Source: an uncultured Pseudomonadota bacterium
Lineage (GTDB): Bacteria > Myxococcota_A > Polyangia > Fen-1088
Assembly: GCA_963819375.1 (NCBI GenBank)
Contig: CAWFVU010000004.1
Span: forward strand, 321,960 to 385,959
Reading direction: 5' to 3'
DNA: 64,000 nucleotides
This document shows, in pieces, positions 59,302 to 64,000 of this stretch; position 1 is the stretch's first letter, and the number at the start of each line of letters is the position of its first letter. The position numbers and the translations under genes were made by a program. The notes beneath the pieces were generated by a model that was not told the origin of the DNA, did no database searches, and worked only from the letters and a program-made list of their open reading frames with translations.

Positions 59302-60366
59302 TTACTTGATCCCGACGACCATCCACTCGGAGTCCGTCAGCCGCTCGACGCGGGTCTTGCTGAAGCCGGCCTCGTGCATCCAGGCCTCGCACTCCGCGCC
59401 CGTGAAGCCGAACCCCTCGCGCGTCACCAGCAGCATGTTGAGGCTCATGAGCAGGCCAAGGGCGTTGCGCCGGCGATCGTCGTCGATGAGCGATTCGTGC
59501 ACCAGGAACATCCCGCCGCGCGGCAGCGCCGCGTAGGCGCTGCGGACCAGGGCGCGCTTCTGATCGAGGCTCCAGTTGTGCAGGACGTGGCCCATGACGA
59601 CGACGTCGGCGCGCGGGAGCGGCTCGGCGAAGAAGTCGCCGCCGTGGAAGCGCAGGCGATCGCCGAGGCCGAAGCCGGCGACGTAGGCCTCGAAGTAAGG
59701 GCCCACGGCGGGCAGCTCGAAGTTCCCGCCCGTGAGGTGGTGGTGCCGCGTCGCGAGCTGCACGGCCAGCCCGCCCTCGGCGCCGCCGACGTCCAGGAAG
59801 GTCGCGTAGTCGGCCCAGAACGGCTTCTCGGCGATGGCCCGCGACGCCGCCGCGCTGAGCCCGGTCATGCCGCGCAAGAAAACGGCCAGGCGGTCGGAGC
59901 TCCGCCCGAGGTTCGCGTAGTAGTCGCTGTCGTCCTTGGCCTCGTTGCGGGGAAGGCCGGTTCGCAGCCCGTCGGCCAGCTGTCCCCAGACGGGATAGAG
60001 CCGGCTGCTCGTCATCTCGAGGATGCCCCCGATGTACGAACGCTTGCCCGGGTCGAGGTAGCGCTCGGCCAGGGGCGCGTTGGCGTACAGGCCGTCGCGC
60101 CGGTCGAGCAGGCCGAGGGCGACGAGCGCGTCGAAGAAATCGCGCGCGCCCCGGCCGGCGAGGCCCAGATCCGCGGCCAGCGCTTCGCCCGTGCGCGGGC
60201 CCTGGCCGAGGCGGGCGAACACGCCCAGGTCGACGGCCGCCATGACCGCCTTGGCCGCCCAGAAGCTCAGGGCCAGCGAGATGATGGGTTGGGGATCGAG
60301 GCCGTCTTCTGGGTTTGTTTGTGGGTTGGTTTGCACGTTCGCCTCCACGTTCGCTGTTCGTGTCAT
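59302..60366 (-). CDS. family-2 (COMT/plant-type) O-methyltransferase with N-terminal dimerisation domain
   Basis: ATG 60366 (ATGA overlap with the upstream gene). ..FLDVGGAEGGLAVQL.., GGDFFAEPLPRADVVVMGHVLHNWS, GGMFLVHE. Confidence 0.85.
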   Translation of the reverse strand: MTRTANVEANVQTNPQTNPEDGLDPQPIISLALSFWAAKAVMAAVDLGVFARLGQGPRTGEALAADLGLAGRGARDFFDALVALGLLDRRDGLYANAPLAERYLDPGKRSYIGGILEMTSSRLYPVWGQLADGLRTGLPRNEAKDDSDYYANLGRSSDRLAVFLRGMTGLSAAASRAIAEKPFWADYATFLDVGGAEGGLAVQLATRHHHLTGGNFELPAVGPYFEAYVAGFGLGDRLRFHGGDFFAEPLPRADVVVMGHVLHNWSLDQKRALVRSAYAALPRGGMFLVHESLIDDDRRRNALGLLMSLNMLLVTREGFGFTGAECEAWMHEAGFSKTRVERLTDSEWMVVGIK

Positions 60367-61747
60367 GTCGTCTCCGCGGTGAGCCGTTCGACGATCGACG
60401 CCATCTCCGGACCTCGGAGGCGCGTCTCGATACCGTCGATGGCCAGCAGGCGTTCGACGAGCGCCCGGTTCGCGTGGTCCTTCCGAACCGCATCGACGTA
60501 GGGCGTCTTCGTGAACGCGATCATCGAATAAAGCGGCATGAAGCGCTCGGCGTGCAGCTCCTCGAGCCGCCGTTCGATCGCCTTGTGCAGCAGGAAGCGC
60601 CGATCGCCCACGCGGTCGCGCAGCTCGAAGAAATGGTCGACGCACAGGCTGGCCATGACGTCCATGTTGGGCCGGCGCCGCTGCTCGAACGTGGTGAACA
60701 CGGCGTCCCAGTCGTCGCCGTGCTCGTCGAGGCAGCTGTTCAGCACGGCGCAGTCCTCGAAACCAGCGTTGGCGCCCTGGCCGTACGACGGCAGCACGGA
60801 GTGGGCGGCGTCCCCCAGGAGCAGGACGTTGCCCGCGCGCGACCACGGCCGACAGCGGACGGTCACCATCGTGTTGGGGGCGCGTGCGAAGAACTGCTCG
60901 GCGAGCCCCGGGATCTTGGGCGCGATGTCCGGGAACTGCTGGTTCATGAAGGCGAGCAGCTTCGGCTCGCTCGCCAGGGTCTCGAACGAATGCTCGCCGC
61001 CGAAGGGGGCGTAGAGCGCCGACGTGAAGCTTCCGTCCCGGTTGGGAAAGGCGATCAGCATGAACTCGCCCCGCGGCCAGATGTGCAACGCGTCCGGCGT
61101 CAGCGACGCTGCGCCCGCCGAGCCCGCGGCGATCGCCAGCTCCTTGTAGCCCAGCGTCGAGTAGCTCTGGGAATAGTCGAAGAGCTCGGTCTTCTGCAGC
61201 TGGAGCCGCACCCCGGAGTAGGCGCCGTCGGCGCCGAAGATCTTGGCCGAGCGCACCTCCGTGCTCTCGCCGGTGCGCGCGTGCTCGAAGCGGACGGCCG
61301 CCGCCGAGGCGTCGACCTGCACGCACTTCTGTTCGAAGTGGTAGGCGACGTTGGGCGAGCGCTCGGCCAGGGCCACCAGCAGCGCGTTGAGGCTGGTCCG
61401 CGAGATCGAGTAGATCGCCTCACCGCGGTTGCCGTAGGGCTGATAGGTGATGATCCGTCCCGGGCGTGGATCCGGCGGCCCTGCACGGGCACCGCCAGCT
61501 CCAGGACCTGCTCCTTGATGCCGACCGCCCCCAGCGCGGCCAGGCCGCGCTCGCACAGCGTGAGGTTAATCGACGGGCGGTGGCCCTTGCCGCTGGTTCG
61601 TCGCGGGTCGGGCTGCCGATCGAACACGTCGACGAGGTGCCCGCGCCGCGCCAGGTATACGGCGAGCAAGGACCCCACGAGCCCGCCACCGACGACGACG
61701 ATCCGCGGCTGGCGGTTCGTCGCGGGGCTGGGCGGGCTCGAGAGCAT
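60363..61747 (-). pseudogene. FAD-dependent aromatic monooxygenase, kynurenine 3-monooxygenase-like; one -1 frameshift
   Basis: ORF 61100..61762 gives RIVVVGGGLVGSLLAVYLARRGHLVDVFDR..INLTLCERG..AVPVQGRRIHARDG. Sense continues after ~61455 in ORF 60363..61556: RIITYQPYGNRGEAIYSISRTSLN..FGADGAYSGVR..LLGDAAHSVLPSYGQGANAGFED. Confidence 0.75.
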
Positions 61748-61762
61748 CGTGCCGGGGACCAC

Positions 61763-61778
61763 AGCAACCGCCGTGCCG
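61763..61778 (-). promoter_or_regulatory. sigma-54 (-24/-12) type promoter cGGCACG-GCGG-TTGCT
   Basis: The minus strand reads CGGCACGGCGGTTGCT. The GG and GC dinucleotides have exactly the spacing of the TGGCAC-N5-TTGCW consensus, and 15/16 specified positions fit. It ends 15 nt before the ATG at 61747 and lies next to a sigma-54 activator gene. Confidence 0.55.
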
Positions 61779-61859
61779 GCACGTCGGCGACGCGAGGGCC
61801 AGGCCGCTGGCGGGGCGGGGCCGACCGCGCGGCGGGGTGAAACAGGTCGCAGGAGGTTT

Positions 61860-61883
61860 CACGATGCAGGCCACGATGCAGGC
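61860..61883 (-). repeat. perfect 12-bp tandem duplication (minus strand GCCTGCATCGTG x2), candidate activator-binding site
   Basis: CACGATGCAGGC at 61860-61871 and again at 61872-61883. This is 82-105 nt upstream of the -24 element and 25 nt after the activator stop codon. Confidence 0.35.
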
Positions 61884-61908
61884 GACTCGGCAGGGCGCGG
61901 GACGCGCG

Positions 61909-63304
61909 TCAGCCGCGGAACGCGCTCGGATCCAGCGCGTACTTGCGGAGCCAGCGGTGGATCTGCGCGCGCGCGGTCCCCATCGCGCGCGCGACCGCGC
62001 TGACGTTGCCGCCCTCCTCCCGCAGGAGCCTCACCAGCCGCTCGCGCCGCTCCGAGATCCTTCTCGGCAAGCCCGGTCGCCGAGGCGCACGGCGCCGCGG
62101 CGCCGGCACGGGCCAGCATCGCCGCCGGCAGATGGTTGCCCTGGATCGCGCCACCGGGCGCGAGCGCGAGCGCCGTGGCGACGCACTTCTCGAGCTCGCG
62201 GATGTTGGACGGCCACTCGTACGTCAGGACGGCGCGCGCCGCCTCCTGGCTCAGCGTGACGCCCTCAGGATCGGGAGAGAGCGCGCGCAGGAACGTACGC
62301 AGGAGGATCCCCAGATCCTCCCGGCGGTGGCGCAAGGCCGGCAGGTGAAACGTGAAGCCCGACAGGCGGGCCAGCAGATCGCCGCGAAAGGCCCCGGCGG
62401 CGACCATCGCCTCGAGATCGCGGTGCGTCGCCGCCAGCACGCGCACGTCGACGGCGACCGGGCGCCCGCCGCCGATCGGCACCACCTCGCGCTCCTGCAC
62501 CACGCGGAGCAGCGCCCCTTGCCCCACCGGCCCCAGGTCGCCGAGCTCGTCCAGAAGCAGCGTCCCCCCGTCGGCGCTGCGCACGAACCCCGCGCGATCT
62601 TCGAGCGCTCCCGAGAACGAGCCGCGCCGGTGGCCGAAGAGCTCCGTCTGGACCAGCCCGTCCGGCAGCGCGGCGCAGTTGATCGCCACGAACGCGCCCC
62701 GTCGCCGCGAGAGCCCGTGCAGCGCCCGAGCCAGGACCTCCTTGCCAGTGCCCGACTCGCCGACGATGACGATCGAGATGGTCGTTCCCGCAAGGCGAAG
62801 GAGCCGCTCGCTCTCGCCCGCCAGCCGCGGCGAGAGCGTCGCCACGCCCATCTCCGACCGGGCCAGCGACGATTCGTCGAGGTCGGCCAGGTGTCCAACC
62901 TGCGCGCCGGCAATCTCGCGGTAGAGGAAGAACGTGCGCCCGAGCTCGAGGATGTCGCCGTCGGTCAGCGCGGCGCGTGAGGTGGGCGCGCCGTTGCGGA
63001 GCGTGCCGTTGCGTGAGGCGGCGTCTTCCAGGACGATGCCGCGCCCCTCGCGGACCAGGCGGGCGTGCGCGGTGGACATCCAGGGATCGTCGATGCCGAG
63101 CGCGATCGTGCCCCCGCCCTCGACCCGCGCGCGCGCCGGGGCCCGGCCCAATGTCACCACGTCCGCCCGATCGAGGCGGTAGCGGGCCGACGGCGCCAGG
63201 GGCCTGTCTCGCTGCAAGAGGAGGAACAGCCACCGCGTGACGTCGCCCTCGGTTCCCAGTGTGCGGCTGTCGGCGAGCGTGAGGGTGCCTGCGGGGGAGG
63301 GCAT
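61909..63304 (-). pseudogene. sigma-54-dependent transcriptional activator with N-terminal FHA domain; one +1 frameshift before the HTH
   Basis: FHA-like ..VVTLGRAP..IDDPWMSTAHARLVREGRGIVLEDAASRNGTLRNG... AAA+ core GESGTGKEVLARALH, GAFVAINCAAL, the ELFGH..GSFSGA GAFTGA-type loop, and DELGDL. After ..LAEK (~62057) the +1 frame gives ISERRERLVRLLREEGGNVSAVARAMGTARAQIHRWLRKYAL (Fis-type HTH, ORF 61909..62154). ATG 63304 is preferred over 63367, which overlaps ltaE. Confidence 0.8.
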
Positions 63305-63308
63305 CGGG

Positions 63309-64000
63309 TCAAGTCGCCAGCAGGCGATCGACGATCGGAGCGATGCGTACCAGGGCATCGCGGACATGGGCTTCGCTGAGATCGCGATGGGTCACGAACC
63401 GAACGGCGTCGCCCGAGGGAGTGACCAGCAGTTCGATCGCCTTCAGCCCTTCAATCGCCCGGCCAACGTCCGGCAGGCGCACGCGCAAGATGTTGGTCTG
63501 CGGCGTCTCGAGGCTGAAGCCCAGCGCGCGCAGACCGGCCGCCAGCGCCTGCGCCTTGGCGTGATCCTCCGGGATTCTGGGAAGGTAATCGAGCGCGACG
63601 AGGCCAGCGGCGCCCAAGATGCCCCCTTGGCGCACGCCGCCGCCCAGCATCTTGCGCAAACGGCGCGCGCGGCCCATCGCGTCTCGGGTCCCGCAAACGA
63701 TCGAGCCGACCGGTGCCCCCAGCCCCTTGCTGAGACAGACCTGCGCGGTGTCGGCGCCCCGCGTGAGCGCGTCCAGGGTGCATCCGAGCGCGGCAGCGGC
63801 GTGCCAGAGCCGCGCTCCATCGAGGTGGACGATCATTCCTGCCGTGCGCGCCGCCTCAACGAGGGCGGCGTGGGCGTCGGGAGGCGTGACCGTACCGCCG
63901 GCTGCGTTGTTGGTGTTCTCGAGACAGAGGAGCTTGGCGCGCAACGTAAAGTATGGGCCCGGACGACCCGCCGCCTTCGTCACCTGTCCGGGCGATGGAC
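63309..64000 (-). CDS. ltaE: low-specificity L-threonine aldolase (PLP), C-terminal part; gene runs off the right edge
   Basis: ..LCLENTNNAAGGTV.., HLDGARLWHA, and CLSKGLGAPVGS (PLP-lysine context). The M listed at 63983 is probably internal. Confidence 0.75.
   Translation of the reverse strand, partial: PSPGQVTKAAGRPGPYFTLRAKLLCLENTNNAAGGTVTPPDAHAALVEAARTAGMIVHLDGARLWHAAAALGCTLDALTRGADTAQVCLSKGLGAPVGSIVCGTRDAMGRARRLRKMLGGGVRQGGILGAAGLVALDYLPRIPEDHAKAQALAAGLRALGFSLETPQTNILRVRLPDVGRAIEGLKAIELLVTPSGDAVRFVTHRDLSEAHVRDALVRIAPIVDRLLAT

Overview
Very GC-rich (about 70% by eye) chromosomal segment. The mglB-mglA gliding-motility GTPase pair, a large Ser/Thr kinase, an FHA-type sigma-54 activator and many lipoproteins with Gly/Thr-rich linkers point to a myxobacterium (Myxococcota, probably a Polyangia/Sorangiineae-like lineage). 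No rRNA, tRNA, CRISPR array, transposase or integrase was seen. I call about 47 protein genes. Left third: a truncated acyl-CoA mutase, a Dlt-like adenylase/MBOAT/carrier-protein cassette, a PAP2-type lipid phosphotransferase, YihY, a secreted PLC/P1-nuclease-superfamily protein, MscS, a patatin/FabH lipid module, a clpB / dnaJ-like / lon proteostasis cluster, dnaX-ybaB-recR and mglBA. Middle: an S8 protease, a GMC oxidoreductase pair and a partial NADH dehydrogenase operon, nuoE-F-J-K-L-M-N, with no nuoG/H/I and a PKD domain fused to NuoL. Right third is accessory-looking cell-surface/glycan territory (NAGPA-type phosphodiester glycosidase, MopE-like Cys-rich lipoprotein, CBM-like lipoprotein, a clearly lower-GC spherulin-4/Sph3-like gene, CBM2-GH11 xylanase, arylsulfotransferase-like propeller) around a three-gene two-component system. 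It is followed by a 1.3-kaa kinase-AAA-TPR protein and a sigma-54/FHA-controlled monooxygenase + two-methyltransferase operon, then a truncated threonine aldolase. Best candidates for something new: (1) the FHA/sigma-54 activator with a near-consensus -24/-12 promoter and tandem upstream repeat in front of the KMO-like/OMT/MT operon; (2) the Dlt-like cassette whose MBOAT appears to lack the invariant His; (3) the NuoL-PKD fusion in a G/H/I-less nuo operon; (4) the PLC/P1-nuclease domain fused to a beta-barrel-like tail. Caveat: eleven apparent 1-nt frameshifts interrupt eight conserved genes. Six of them lie at GATC-containing micro-repeats, which looks more like a systematic assembly or base-calling problem than biology.
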